A DNA stretch of 64,000 nt from Patescibacteria group bacterium (lineage in GTDB: Bacteria > Patescibacteriota > Minisyncoccia > 2-02-FULL-40-12 > IGHO2-01-FULL-4-A). Positions within the stretch are counted from its first letter, which is position 1, and every line of letters begins with the position of its first letter. Below the pieces are notes generated by a model. It searched no databases. It had not been told where the DNA came from and was given only the letters and a program-made list of their open reading frames with translations. The translations under genes and the position numbers were made by a program. Location of the stretch: positions 20,773-84,772 of the forward strand of contig JBBTSB010000009.1 of assembly GCA_038064915.1 (NCBI GenBank), read 5' to 3'. Positions 1 to 9,883 of this stretch are shown here, one piece after another.

Positions 1-238
1 ACCTGGAACCATCTCCTTACACATAATCCATCGCTTTCGCGTGGGGTGGACTATCTCATGTCCCTTTTGGGGACTCGGGTATATAGTCTCTACACATTTA
101 CCCCGGCATCAGCCGGAGATTTAGCTCGGGATTGCCCCGAAGGGTTTCCCCGAATTAGCCCGATTTTTCAATCCGCATTACTGCGAAAAGCTGCCTTATA
201 CTCGACAGGGAGCCGCTCTACCATTGAGCTACCGCGGA
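1..238 (-). ncRNA. Putative intron-containing tRNA (5' exon plus partial group I intron), truncated by the window edge
   Basis: Minus strand reads as tRNA acceptor/D-arm (TCCGCGG-TA-GCTC-AATGGTA-GAGC) then GCTCC-CTGT, but no 3' half of the anticodon stem follows. Downstream is a highly structured segment containing GGGGAAACC and GGGCAATCCCGAGCTAAATC, which resembles the conserved AAUCCUGAGCCAA core of tRNA-resident group I introns. Candidate P1 is exon CUGU paired with intron GGCAG. The 3' exon would lie beyond position 1. Confidence 0.45.
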
Positions 239-262
239 ATATTTAGTTGTACGATCATTCTA

Positions 263-1453
263 TCAGTACCCCTTGAGTTTTTCAATCTTGTGATGCTGGC
301 GGATTTTTTCGAGAGCTTTGGCTTCGATCTGACGGATGCGTTCGCGCGTGACGCCAAAGACTTTGCCTACTTCTTCGAGGGTGTGGGTTACGCCATCGGC
401 GAGGCCGAAGCGCATTTCGAGAATTTTCTGTTCTCGTCCCGCAAGATCACCGATGATTTCGTTGAGATGGTCCCGAAGGATGCGGCGACCGGCGATTGTC
501 TCGGGAGAGACCGTATCTTCGTCGGCTACAAAATCTGCAAGTACGGAATCACCATCTTCATCCCCCACTGGTGCTTCCAGCGGAACCGTGTCTTGAGAAA
601 TTTTGATGATGTGACGGATCTTGTCCACTTCCACGTTCATTTCCGCCGCGACTTCTTCCGGCAAGGGTTCCCGTCCAAGATCCTGCACCAAACGACGTAC
701 GACTTGCTGGTACTTGTTGATCGTCTCGATCATGTGCACCGGAATGCGGATGGTGCGTGCTTGATCAGCAAGTGCACGCGTAATACCCTGGCGGATCCAC
801 CAGGTTGCGTAGGTGGAAAACTTGAATCCCTTCCGGTAGTCAAATTTGTCTACGGCACGGGACAGTCCAATATTTCCCTCTTGTATCAAATCGAGTAGCG
901 TGAGGTTGGCAGAGCGTCCGACATATTTCTTGGCGATAGAGACAACCAGACGCAGATTTGAAAGCATGAGCCGTTGACGCGCCGTTTCCTCGCCGCGTTC
1001 AATCTTTTTCGCAAGATCAATTTCCTCTTCGCTGGAAAGCAACGGGTACTTGCCGATTTCACGCAGATACATCTGCACGGAATCGGAGCCCGCTTCGATT
1101 TGTTCCAGTTCGAGTTTTTTCTTTTCCTCAAATTCCGTATTCTCGCGCTCTTCGGCAAACACCCGTCCGGTGTCGACAACATTGATATTTGCGGCTTCCA
1201 AACGCTCATAGAGTTTTTCCAAGCCCTCCACGTCTTTTTCCACATGGGGAAATGCATGGAGAATTTCTGACTCTGTAATAAAGCCGCGATGTCGGCCTTT
1301 TTCGATCAAACGCAAAATCGCATCCTCTCCGAGGGCAGATGAACGTTTCTTTTTTACCTGTTTTTTAGAGCTGCCCCGACGTTTTGGTGAATGTCGCGAC
1401 GAGCTGTGCGAGGCGCGTTTTGTCGCCTTGCCTTTCCGCTTCTTTGATTTCAT
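263..1453 (-). CDS. rpoD: RNA polymerase sigma-70 factor RpoD
   Basis: Regions 1.2 to 4 are conserved ([57 protein letters not shown]). The N-terminal start is uncertain and overlaps the dnaG 3' end by about 88 nt. Confidence 0.9.
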   Translation of the reverse strand: MKSKKRKGKATKRASHSSSRHSPKRRGSSKKQVKKKRSSALGEDAILRLIEKGRHRGFITESEILHAFPHVEKDVEGLEKLYERLEAANINVVDTGRVFAEERENTEFEEKKKLELEQIEAGSDSVQMYLREIGKYPLLSSEEEIDLAKKIERGEETARQRLMLSNLRLVVSIAKKYVGRSANLTLLDLIQEGNIGLSRAVDKFDYRKGFKFSTYATWWIRQGITRALADQARTIRIPVHMIETINKYQQVVRRLVQDLGREPLPEEVAAEMNVEVDKIRHIIKISQDTVPLEAPVGDEDGDSVLADFVADEDTVSPETIAGRRILRDHLNEIIGDLAGREQKILEMRFGLADGVTHTLEEVGKVFGVTRERIRQIEAKALEKIRQHHKIEKLKGY

Positions 1454-3020
1454 ATTCGAGATTCTCTAGTTGCGCTACTATTGTACGCTTTTTTAGATGA
1501 TTAAGCAACTTTGCAAATTCAACGTCAAGTTCAGCATCATCAAAATCCTTCCAGTACTCTTCCGCTTTGAGTGCCACAAATTGGGCCTGCATGGGCGTGG
1601 TTTTAGGAAGAAAGGCCTTGTCTGCTTCAGTAAGCTTAGCAACCAGCTCTGGCTTTTTTGAAATGAGACTTAAAAGACTTTCCTGAAAGATATCAAGTTT
1701 GGGCGCATCGTGTAACGTGTAATGTGCAACGTCTTCGTCTGACGCTGTGCGTTGTGAGTTTTGCGGTACATGAGAGAGCTCTGCTCTAACGATCTCATCC
1801 TTTACTTTCATCGCGGTCGCGATTTCCTGAACCCAGTGTGCCTGTTCGATTTTATTTGCCATCGAAGCAACCAAAGGCAATAGCTTTTGTGAGAACAGCT
1901 TCTTTCCCATCCCCGTACTGAGATCGAGTGTTTTGCGTGACGTTTCAAAAAAGTATTCCATGAAGGGCTGTGACTTCTCAGCAAAGTCGGCATTCCCATA
2001 TTTTTGTATATAATCCGCAGGGTCTTTTTCCGAAGTAGTGACTATCCCGACGTTGAATCCACGCGCCAGCGCCAAGTCCACGCCACGTTCGGTCGCCATA
2101 CTTCCGGCGCTATCCGCATCAAAACAAAGATCCAGATTATCCGTGTAGCGCTTGATAATCTGAAGGTGTCCCGACGTCATCGCAGTTCCTGAAGATGCCA
2201 CGGCATGAGTTGCGCCTGCCTGATGCGACATGATGACATCCATGTTGCCCTCCACAATGAGCGCTTTGTTTTTGCGCCGCATATCAAGCTTTGCAAAGTT
2301 CATCCCGTACAAAATTCTGCTTTTGTCGTAAATTGCCGTCTGCGGCACGTTCATATATTTGGGCTCTCCCTCTCCGAAAACACGGCCGGTAAATCCCACT
2401 ACCTGATTGTTCATATCAAAAATCGGGAACATAATCCGCGAGCGAAAACGATCAAAGTATCCTCCCTGTTCTTTTTTTACGAGTAATCCTGCTTCGGCGA
2501 TATGTTTGATATCATAGTCTCGCGCAAGAAAATTTCCCAGTCCATCCCAGGATTCAGGCGCGTAGCCCAGCTTGAATTTCTCTATAGATTCGTCTGTTAA
2601 TCCCCTATTTTTTAAGTACTCCAGGGCTTTTTTGCCCATGGTAGACTCGTGGAGCTGTTTGCCAAAAAACTTCGTGGCAAGATCGGAAATCTCGTAGAGT
2701 TTGTTTTTGGCACTTTGAAATTCGGGATTTGCGCGGAACTGGGAGAGTTCAATGCCCGCGCGTGTCGCCAAAATACGCAACGCCTCGGGAAACTCTACGC
2801 CTTCGATTTGCTTCACAAATCCAAAAATATCTCCGCCAAGACCGCACCCAAAACAGTGCCAGATCTGCCGCTCGGGAGAAACAAAAAATGAGCCTGATTT
2901 CTCGTTGTGAAAGGGACAGCGAGCCTTGTAGTTGATCCCCGATTTCTGGAGCTTCACATAGCTCCCCACTAGGTCAACAATGTCTACTTTGTCTTTGATT
3001 TTTGAAATATTGTCTTCCAT
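1365..3020 (-). CDS. dnaG: DNA primase DnaG
   Basis: CHC2 zinc finger ([30 protein letters not shown]) followed by TOPRIM-domain motifs. Confidence 0.9.
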   Translation of the reverse strand: MEDNISKIKDKVDIVDLVGSYVKLQKSGINYKARCPFHNEKSGSFFVSPERQIWHCFGCGLGGDIFGFVKQIEGVEFPEALRILATRAGIELSQFRANPEFQSAKNKLYEISDLATKFFGKQLHESTMGKKALEYLKNRGLTDESIEKFKLGYAPESWDGLGNFLARDYDIKHIAEAGLLVKKEQGGYFDRFRSRIMFPIFDMNNQVVGFTGRVFGEGEPKYMNVPQTAIYDKSRILYGMNFAKLDMRRKNKALIVEGNMDVIMSHQAGATHAVASSGTAMTSGHLQIIKRYTDNLDLCFDADSAGSMATERGVDLALARGFNVGIVTTSEKDPADYIQKYGNADFAEKSQPFMEYFFETSRKTLDLSTGMGKKLFSQKLLPLVASMANKIEQAHWVQEIATAMKVKDEIVRAELSHVPQNSQRTASDEDVAHYTLHDAPKLDIFQESLLSLISKKPELVAKLTEADKAFLPKTTPMQAQFVALKAEEYWKDFDDAELDVEFAKLLNHLKKRTIVAQLENLEYEIKEAERQGDKTRLAQLVATFTKTSGQL

Positions 3021-3118
3021 CTACCAGTATCCTACTCCTAAAAATGCTCTCTGCAAAGTCGAGCGCCCACGGTGGTCAGCGTGGGACACGCGACTCGCCC
3101 GTGGGCGTGAGGTACTGC

Positions 3119-3520
3119 TTAGCCGAGGAGCCTCCTGTTTCGAATTTCCTGCGAGGCTCTCTCCTCGACTTCTTGTCGTTCGTAGCTTTCGACCAGGGAC
3201 CCGCCCCAAACGCTCAAGGAACGGGCGAAAACAACCTTGTCATCGTCGAGGAAAGTCAGCGGTTGCAAAGTCCTGGGGGTCAATGAAGAAACAAGGACCC
3301 CAGGATGAGATAGGGAAAGCCACTCTTCACAAACTGCAAGGGTGGCTTCGCGCGTAAAGCAGCCTCCCAAGAGGTGCTGGCGCTGGGTTTCCCACTCCCG
3401 ATACATCTTCATGAGGGCGAGTCCCGCCTGCTCCTTACTCCTGAATGCTGGCCGAACCACGCGCCGCCTGGAAATATTGGACCCAGGGTATGCGCGCACG
3501 ATGCAAATCCACTGGGTCAT
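3119..3520 (-). CDS. Hypothetical protein (133 aa) encoded in a GC-rich segment between fusA and dnaG
   Basis: ATG preceded by GGAGAGGAGA at 5-8 nt. No recognisable domain. The local GC content is clearly above that of neighbouring genes. A perfect 11 bp inverted repeat (3263-3300) lies inside the ORF. Confidence 0.4.
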   Translation of the reverse strand: MTQWICIVRAYPGSNISRRRVVRPAFRSKEQAGLALMKMYREWETQRQHLLGGCFTREATLAVCEEWLSLSHPGVLVSSLTPRTLQPLTFLDDDKVVFARSLSVWGGSLVESYERQEVEERASQEIRNRRLLG

Positions 3521-3571
3521 CTTTCTCTCCTCTCCCGCTCCGTGCGGGTTCGTGTGTCAGTTATATCAAAA

Positions 3572-5671
3572 TTACTTCTTTCCTTCAACTATCTGGGTAG
3601 CGACACTCTGAGGAACCTCCTCGTAATACGCGAATTCCATAGTACTCGTCCCGCGGCCTTGGGTCAGCGATCGGAGCGTCGTGGCATAGCCAAACATTTC
3701 CGAAAGCGGGACTTTGGATTTGATGACTTTGAGATTGAGCGGTGAGCGATCAGCCATTTCCTCAATGCGTCCGCGGCGTGAGCTCAAGTCTCCCGTAATT
3801 TCTCCCAAAAAATTGTCCGGCATGATGACTTCCACATTCATGATCGGCTCGAGCAGGATCGGCTTGGCGCGCTTTGCCGCCTCCTGAAATGCCATATTGG
3901 CAGCGATTTTAAATGCGATTTCGGATGAGTCCACGTCGTGGTATGAGCCATCATAAACGGCAACTTTGATGTCCACCATCGGGAACCCAGCCGTGACACC
4001 TTTGTCGAGAGCTTCGATCACGCCTTTTTCTACAGCCGGAATAAACTCACGCGGGATGACACCGCTTTTGATTTCGTCGATAAATTCAAATCCTTTGCCC
4101 TTCTCATTGGGTTCCAGGCGCAGCCACACGTGTCCGTACTGACCACGTCCACCGGATTGCTTGATGTACTTGCCTTCTGCTTGAGCCGTTTGCTTGATGG
4201 TCTCGCGATATGCAACCTGCGGCTTGCCGACATTTGCTTCCACGGTAAACTCCCGACGCATGCGATCGACAAGGACATCGAGGTGAAGCTCGCCCATACC
4301 GGAGATAATCGTTTCCCCCGTCTCAGGATCGCCTTTTATTCTAAAAGTGGGGTCCTCGTCCGAGAGCTTGCGAAGTGCAATACCCATTTTTTCCTGGTCG
4401 GCTTTTGTCTTGGGTTCGATGCGAAGGGAGATAACCGGCTCGGGAACATCGATACCTTCCAAAATCACCGGCGTCTCTACTGCGCACAACGTGTCGCCCG
4501 TCTTAGTGTCTTTCATGCCCACCGTTCCCGCGATGTTGCCAGCGGTGATTTCTTTGATTTCTTCGCGTTGGTTGGCATGCATGCGCAAAATACGACTGAT
4601 GCGCTCCTGGTTGCCGGTACGAGTATTTAACACATAGGAGCCTGAACTCAACTTTCCACTGTAAACGCGAAAATACGTCAGCGAGCCGACATAGGGATCG
4701 GTTGCCGTCTTAAAGGCAAGGGCACGAAACGGTTCCTCTTCAGAAGCATGGACTTCTATTTCCCCACCAGTTTTTTGATCTATGGCTTTGATGGCGGGAA
4801 TATCGGTCGGCGCAGGAAGGTAGTAGGCTACCGCATCGAGTACGAGCTGAACGCCTTTATTCTTGAGAGCGGAACCGCAAAAGACCGGATACATCTTACC
4901 CGCGATGACCGCCTTGCGGGTAATAGCGCGAAGTCGATCAAGGGAAATTTCTTTGGCCTCCAAATATTCGCTCATTGCTTGATCGTCGTTTTCGACGATT
5001 TTTTCTATCAAAACAGCGCGTTCTTTTTTCGCTTCTTCCTGCAAATGTGCGGGGATTTCTTTGCTCTTGATAATTTTTTCACCTTTATCGCCCTCAAATG
5101 TCACGTATTCCATCGTGAGCAAATCCACAATTCCTTTGAACTGGTCTTCGTGACCGTCGGGTAGTTGAAATTTCACACCGTTCGGGCTCAAACGCGTGAG
5201 GATGGATTGGTATGATCGCTCAAAGCTTGCGCCCAAGCGATCGAGTTTATTGATAAAACAAAGTCGCGGCACGTTGTAGTCGTCAGCATAGCGCCAGTTG
5301 GTTTCCGACTGCGGCTCCACGCCAGCGACGCCGTCAAATACTACGACGGCTCCATCCAATACTCTCAATGATCTTTTCACTTCAATAGTGAAGTCGATGT
5401 GTCCGGGTGTGTCGATAATATTCAGTCTTACCTTTTCTCCTCCGGATGTTGGAGCCCAATACGCAGTCGTAGCGGCAGCCGTGATAGTGATGCCACGTTC
5501 ACGCTCCTGCTCCATCCAGTCCATGACGGTGTCCCCCTCGTGCACTTCACCGATTTTGTGTGACATGCCGGTATAAAAAAGCACCCGCTCGGTGGTGGTG
5601 GTCTTACCGGCATCAATGTGCGCGATGATCCCGATGTTTCGTATTTTTTCTAAAGGATAAATTTCTTCCAT
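3572..5671 (-). CDS. fusA: Elongation factor G
   Basis: GTPase G-domain ([23 protein letters not shown]) and EF-G domains II to V. Confidence 0.95.
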   Translation of the reverse strand: MEEIYPLEKIRNIGIIAHIDAGKTTTTERVLFYTGMSHKIGEVHEGDTVMDWMEQERERGITITAAATTAYWAPTSGGEKVRLNIIDTPGHIDFTIEVKRSLRVLDGAVVVFDGVAGVEPQSETNWRYADDYNVPRLCFINKLDRLGASFERSYQSILTRLSPNGVKFQLPDGHEDQFKGIVDLLTMEYVTFEGDKGEKIIKSKEIPAHLQEEAKKERAVLIEKIVENDDQAMSEYLEAKEISLDRLRAITRKAVIAGKMYPVFCGSALKNKGVQLVLDAVAYYLPAPTDIPAIKAIDQKTGGEIEVHASEEEPFRALAFKTATDPYVGSLTYFRVYSGKLSSGSYVLNTRTGNQERISRILRMHANQREEIKEITAGNIAGTVGMKDTKTGDTLCAVETPVILEGIDVPEPVISLRIEPKTKADQEKMGIALRKLSDEDPTFRIKGDPETGETIISGMGELHLDVLVDRMRREFTVEANVGKPQVAYRETIKQTAQAEGKYIKQSGGRGQYGHVWLRLEPNEKGKGFEFIDEIKSGVIPREFIPAVEKGVIEALDKGVTAGFPMVDIKVAVYDGSYHDVDSSEIAFKIAANMAFQEAAKRAKPILLEPIMNVEVIMPDNFLGEITGDLSSRRGRIEEMADRSPLNLKVIKSKVPLSEMFGYATTLRSLTQGRGTSTMEFAYYEEVPQSVATQIVEGKK

Positions 5672-6139
5672 TTACCAAGCAAAGTGTGCAAACGCTTTGT
5701 TTGCATCAGCCATACGATGAGTGTCTAATTTCTTTTTGACGGCATTCCCCGTGTTGTTGACGGCGTTGATCAGTTCCTCGGCAAGCTTTTGCTGCATGGG
5801 TTTTCCTTTCACACCGCGAGCGGAAGTGATGATCCAGCGTACAGCTAAGGTCATGCGACGTTCAGGAGTGACTTCGTAGGGAACCTGGTAGTTGGCCCCA
5901 CCTATACGACGGCTCCGGAGTTCCACCTTGGGACCGGCGTTTTCCATGGCGGCATCAAGCACCTCAAGGGCAGGTTTTTTGAGCTGGTCCGCTGCTTGCT
6001 TGAGGGCACCGTAGACGATACGCTCGGCAACGGTCTTCTTGCCCGCATACATCATCTTATTGATCAACTGCGCAACCAATACCGAGCTATACGTAGCATC
6101 GGGTTCGGCAACCTTTCTTTTGGTAACTTTACGTCTCAT
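5672..6139 (-). CDS. rpsG: 30S ribosomal protein S7
   Basis: Typical S7 sequence; position between rpsL and fusA. Confidence 0.95.
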   Translation of the reverse strand: MRRKVTKRKVAEPDATYSSVLVAQLINKMMYAGKKTVAERIVYGALKQAADQLKKPALEVLDAAMENAGPKVELRSRRIGGANYQVPYEVTPERRMTLAVRWIITSARGVKGKPMQQKLAEELINAVNNTGNAVKKKLDTHRMADANKAFAHFAW

Positions 6140-6141
6140 GG

Positions 6142-6549
6142 TTATTTGTTTTTCGCTCCGTATTTTGAGCGGCCTTGTTTACGTTTGTCTACCCCCGTAG
6201 CATCAAGACGGCCACGGACGATGTGGTACTGGACGCCTGGCAAGTCTTTGACGCGTCCGCCACGCACCATCACCACGGAGTGCTCTTGGAGATTGTGCCC
6301 TTCGCCGGGAATGTATGCCGTGATTTCCATGCCATTGGTGAGTCGTACACGTGCCACTTTGCGCAAGGCAGAGTTTGGCTTCTTGGGGGTCATGGTTTTG
6401 ACAAGCAAACACACTCCGCGCTTGTAGGGCGACCAGTGATTGACGGGACGATTTTGAATAGTATTAAAACTGTACGACAAAGCTGGCGACTTGGTTTTTG
6501 TCGCACGACTTGAACGAGGCTGCTTGAGCAGTTGTCTAAAGGTTGGCAT
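6142..6549 (-). CDS. rpsL: 30S ribosomal protein S12
   Basis: Highly conserved S12 sequence ([33 protein letters not shown]). Confidence 0.95.
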   Translation of the reverse strand: MPTFRQLLKQPRSSRATKTKSPALSYSFNTIQNRPVNHWSPYKRGVCLLVKTMTPKKPNSALRKVARVRLTNGMEITAYIPGEGHNLQEHSVVMVRGGRVKDLPGVQYHIVRGRLDATGVDKRKQGRSKYGAKNK

Positions 6550-7175
6550 TACCTTCCTACTATAACTCTAAAAAGAAAATCAATCAAGGGCATGAGAAAT
6601 TTTGAGAGAAACAAGACGAAAAATATGAAAATAAAGATGCCGTAGCGCACGAGGAAGTATTTTACCTCCACCCATCGTTCGGGAAGGAACGTGAGCAAAA
6701 GCCAGTGACCATCAAGAGGTTGGATGGGCACCAAATTGAACACCGCCAGCAATAAATTTATCTGAACAACAAAATCCAAAAAATCCCTGGCGACCGGATT
6801 GCCGGCAATACCGGGAGCAAAACGCAATACCATGCCGAATAGTACAGCAAGGAGAATATTCGAAAGCGGGCCGGCAATGGCTACTTTTGCGGGACCGTAT
6901 TTCTGATCGTTGAGATTGAGGGGGTTATATGGAACGGGTTTTGCATAGCCGAACACAAAGGTGCCCAGGCTGGCTACCAAGGTCATGAGGGGCAAGAGTA
7001 ACGATCCAAACAGATCGAGATGCTTGATGGGATTTAGGGTAAGGCGACCGGCATATTTTGCCGTTTGATCCCCCATACTTTGCGCCATCAATCCATGGGA
7101 AATTTCGTGTAAGATAACGGAATACAAAAAAGCTACGATCTTGAGGATAACCATAGTCCTTGTAAAATACCACAA
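6549..7175 (-). CDS. Peptidase M50 (site-2 protease family) membrane metalloprotease
   Basis: HEISHG (HExxH) within a polytopic membrane protein. One-nucleotide overlap with the rpsL start. Confidence 0.6.
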   Translation of the reverse strand: MWYFTRTMVILKIVAFLYSVILHEISHGLMAQSMGDQTAKYAGRLTLNPIKHLDLFGSLLLPLMTLVASLGTFVFGYAKPVPYNPLNLNDQKYGPAKVAIAGPLSNILLAVLFGMVLRFAPGIAGNPVARDFLDFVVQINLLLAVFNLVPIQPLDGHWLLLTFLPERWVEVKYFLVRYGIFIFIFFVLFLSKFLMPLIDFLFRVIVGR

Positions 7176-7197
7176 GATACCCTATAATGCCACCACT

Positions 7198-7383
7198 ATG
7201 GCAACACGATGTCCGCGATGCGGCAAAAAACCCATGATGGCTACCAAACGCAAGCTCTTGCGCGGCCACTATAACCCTGTCAATCGATATCGAAAATATC
7301 CGAATTTGCAGTGGGCGCTGGTCGCCGGCAAACGCACCATGATCTGCACAAGTTGTATCAAAACACTAGCAAAAACTGTCTAA
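7198..7383 (+). CDS. rpmB: 50S ribosomal protein L28 (zinc-ribbon form)
   Basis: MATRCPRCGKKP...NLQW...ICTSCIKT matches the L28 pattern with CxxC...CxxC. The upstream extension back to 7141 is rejected. Confidence 0.7.
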   Translation: MATRCPRCGKKPMMATKRKLLRGHYNPVNRYRKYPNLQWALVAGKRTMICTSCIKTLAKTV

Positions 7384-7391
7384 AGCGAAGG

Positions 7392-7462
7392 CGGGCCGTC
7401 GTATAATGGTAGTACGCGAGGCTGGGGGTCTTGCAGCGGGAGTCCGATTCTCCCCGGCCCGA
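7392..7462 (+). tRNA. tRNA-Pro (anticodon GGG)
   Basis: Hand-folded cloverleaf: acceptor CGGGCCG/CGGCCCG with the C1:G72 pair typical of bacterial tRNA-Pro, D-arm GTAT-AATGGTA-GTAC, anticodon loop CTGGGGG, T-arm GGGAG-TCCGATT-CTCCC. The T-loop TCC is non-canonical. No CCA is encoded. Confidence 0.7.
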
Positions 7463-7466
7463 CAAA

Positions 7467-8468
7467 TTAGAACCCTACAAGTTCCGGTTCGTTTTCAAGC
7501 ATGATGCCGGTTTTTTGGTAGACAATGTCGCGTGCTTTTTTGAAAAGAGTCAGCACGTCATCGGCGGTGGCGTTGTTGAAATTGATGATATTGATCACTT
7601 GGAGTTCTGAAAGTTTTGCACCGCCTACGGTCAAACCTTTGAGATCGCAAACTTTGTCGAGAAGATAACCGGCGGGGACTTTAACCCCCTCTGTTTCCCC
7701 CTTACCATAAGGGGGAAGGGGGGTTCGAAATCCAGGAGCACCAGCAGGAAGCTTCGCGTACTGCTCTTCCGTAATAATCGGATTCTTGAAAAAACTTCCC
7801 GCGCTCCAGTATTCGCTTGGATCCTGGCCTTTTGATTTACGAATCGCAATCACCTGATCGCGCATTTCTTGCAACGTACCCGGTTTCAATCCATATGTGG
7901 TATTCGGTTCCCCATTTTTTGAAAGCTTGAGCGTAAGTCCCAAAACCACATATCTGCCTTTTTGAACATTAAAAATACTCTTCCGGTATCCAAATTTGCA
8001 TTCGTCATTGGAAATTGAAAATTGAGAATTGGAAATTGTGTCATAAACGTCTACTGACGTTATGACACTGCGTGCCTCCTGGCCGTACGCACCCACATTC
8101 TGTATTGCCAATCCTGCCACATCGCCAGGTACAAACGACAAATTCTCCGTTCCCCATAGCCCGGCGTCGACTATTCTCTGTGCGCACTCATCCCAGTTTT
8201 CTCCGGCCGCGATGCTCACCGTCTCACCGTCAATCGCAAAGCCTTTGAGCTTTGGATGGATCACCAGCCCATCAAAGCCTTTATCGCTGACAAGCATATT
8301 CGATCCCCCGCCCAAAATTAATACGGGAAGGTTTTTTTCTTGAGCAAAAGAAACTGCTTCTCGCAGTTCCTCTATGTTTTCTATTTCAGTATAAAAAGCT
8401 GCCGGGCCTCCGATGTGAAACGTCGTGAGTTCAAAAAAGGAGACCTTCGTCGATACGTGCATAGTCAT
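7467..8468 (-). CDS. murB: UDP-N-acetylenolpyruvoylglucosamine reductase MurB
   Basis: FAD-binding domain (NLPVLILGGGSNMLVSD) and MurB C-terminal domain. Start placed at MTMHV, which has an AAGGA RBS. Overlaps the ndk 3' end. Confidence 0.85.
   Translation of the reverse strand: MTMHVSTKVSFFELTTFHIGGPAAFYTEIENIEELREAVSFAQEKNLPVLILGGGSNMLVSDKGFDGLVIHPKLKGFAIDGETVSIAAGENWDECAQRIVDAGLWGTENLSFVPGDVAGLAIQNVGAYGQEARSVITSVDVYDTISNSQFSISNDECKFGYRKSIFNVQKGRYVVLGLTLKLSKNGEPNTTYGLKPGTLQEMRDQVIAIRKSKGQDPSEYWSAGSFFKNPIITEEQYAKLPAGAPGFRTPLPPYGKGETEGVKVPAGYLLDKVCDLKGLTVGGAKLSELQVINIINFNNATADDVLTLFKKARDIVYQKTGIMLENEPELVGF
7696..7714. repeat. Perfect hairpin CCCCCTTA-CCA-TAAGGGGG inside the murB coding sequence; partial copy of the intergenic double-hairpin repeat
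   Basis: Sequence similarity extends to ...TAAGGGGGAAGGGGGGTTCGA versus the 14397-14425 copy ...TAAGGGGGATTCGAGGGGGTT. Encodes PLPPYGKGE in MurB. Confidence 0.5.
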
Positions 8469-9048
8469 GCAATTCCTTTGCAGTAAACCAGTGTTTGATT
8501 TCGCGACTCGCTTCGGCAACATCACCGGAGGCGTGGACGAGGTTGCGGATCGTGCGCTTTGCGGCATTTGCCATCAGGGGTGAGTCGCTGGAGTAATCGC
8601 CGCGGAGTGTGCCCATTTCAGCGTTTGCGGGAATCGTGGCACCCACGATCTTGCGTCCCATCTCCACCGCGTGAAGGCCCTGAAACACCATAGCTACCAC
8701 GGGGCCAGATGAGAGAAAATCCACATTCCAATCATTGATGATTTCGCCAATTTTCATGGGGTCGGACGATCCCATTTGCTTGACCGGATCGATACCGTGC
8801 TTTTTAAAATTTTCGAGGGTTTTATTTCCCATGCCCTCGAGCTGTTGTTTCGTAGGAAGGTAGTGTTTATGGACGTGATCCCGTGAAGGCTGGGTCATTT
8901 TTAAAGCAACTACTTTGAAGCCTTTTGTCTCAAAACGACGGATAATCTCTCCCACTAACCCGCGCTGAAGAGCATCGGGTTTGGCGAGGATAAGGGTTAA
9001 TTCTTTTCTTGGATCAGTGTTCTGTTTTGATGGCATATTGCAAACCAT
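8431..9048 (-). CDS. ndk: Nucleoside diphosphate kinase (long form)
   Basis: NDK fold motifs (LAKPDALQRGLVGEII, HASGDVAEASREIKHWF). The protein is 205 aa and carries an insertion. Confidence 0.8.
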   Translation of the reverse strand: MVCNMPSKQNTDPRKELTLILAKPDALQRGLVGEIIRRFETKGFKVVALKMTQPSRDHVHKHYLPTKQQLEGMGNKTLENFKKHGIDPVKQMGSSDPMKIGEIINDWNVDFLSSGPVVAMVFQGLHAVEMGRKIVGATIPANAEMGTLRGDYSSDSPLMANAAKRTIRNLVHASGDVAEASREIKHWFTAKELHDYARIDEGLLF

Positions 9049-9883
9049 CGAGGGTCAGCTCGATTCGTCCATTGATATCATTCCTATAATACCGCAATCC
9101 TGGTATTTTATCAAGCCGTTCTATAACTTGAGAAGTTGGGTGCCCATAGCTATTGCGCGCTCCGACTTGGATAAATGCAGCAATTGGGCTTGTCGCATCC
9201 AGAAATGCCTGGCTGGTAGATGTCTTTGAGCCATGATGTGCAACTTTCAAAAAATCAATGTCAACGTTGTGATAATCCATAAGTATACGATCTTCAACAG
9301 TTTTTTCAACATCTGACATAAACAAAACCGTTTGCTGTTTATACGACATCCTCATGACGATGCCGCCGTTGTTTGTTTTGGAAAGTTTTTGTCCTCGGAC
9401 TTGTTCTGCGGGATTGAGTACCTCAAAAACAAGATCGTCCCCAATGGACATGCGATAGCCCCGATCTACGAAGGTCTGTGGAGCTCCCTCAAGACTTGCC
9501 GTCTGCTCCCATTGTCCACAGATCGCAGTAACACACAACATGCCAGTCTCGAGAACTTGAGAAACTTCATACTGTTTGAGCACTTCGACAAGCCCCGTAA
9601 GATGATCTGCGTCCGTGTGCGTAGAAACGACAACATCAATCGTACGATCCGTGACAGGTAGCACGGCCGCAAGTTCCTGAATCACGCGCGAGCCTGGTCC
9701 CCCATCAATCAAGATTTGCGTTCCTTCTGGTGCTTGAATCAGTATGGCATCGCCCTGACCAATGTTCAGAAAATAGACGTGCAAAAGCCCGTCGGCATAT
9801 GCCGGACCACGCACGATAAAAAAACTGCCGATAGCACCTAGTACTAGTACACAACATATGTACCATTCCGTTTTTCGAGACAT
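9014..9883 (-). CDS. comEC: ComEC/Rec2 C-terminal metallo-beta-lactamase domain protein
   Basis: MBL motifs (HTDADH, VAHHGSKTS). Immediately follows the ComEC competence-domain ORF with a TAATG overlap. Confidence 0.75.
   Translation of the reverse strand: MSRKTEWYICCVLVLGAIGSFFIVRGPAYADGLLHVYFLNIGQGDAILIQAPEGTQILIDGGPGSRVIQELAAVLPVTDRTIDVVVSTHTDADHLTGLVEVLKQYEVSQVLETGMLCVTAICGQWEQTASLEGAPQTFVDRGYRMSIGDDLVFEVLNPAEQVRGQKLSKTNNGGIVMRMSYKQQTVLFMSDVEKTVEDRILMDYHNVDIDFLKVAHHGSKTSTSQAFLDATSPIAAFIQVGARNSYGHPTSQVIERLDKIPGLRYYRNDINGRIELTLDGLQYAIKTEH

Noticed and set aside
3021-3571. Possible tmRNA or RNase P RNA in the GC-rich fusA-dnaG spacer
   Set aside because: No tRNA-like T-arm/CCA end, no GGAAAGTCCGGGC or ACAGAACCCGGCTTA P4 elements, and no tag-peptide reading frame could be identified on either strand.
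7141-7197. Longer L28 start
   Set aside because: Conserved L28 family proteins begin near the CxxC ribbon. The extension overlaps the divergent M50 protease gene.
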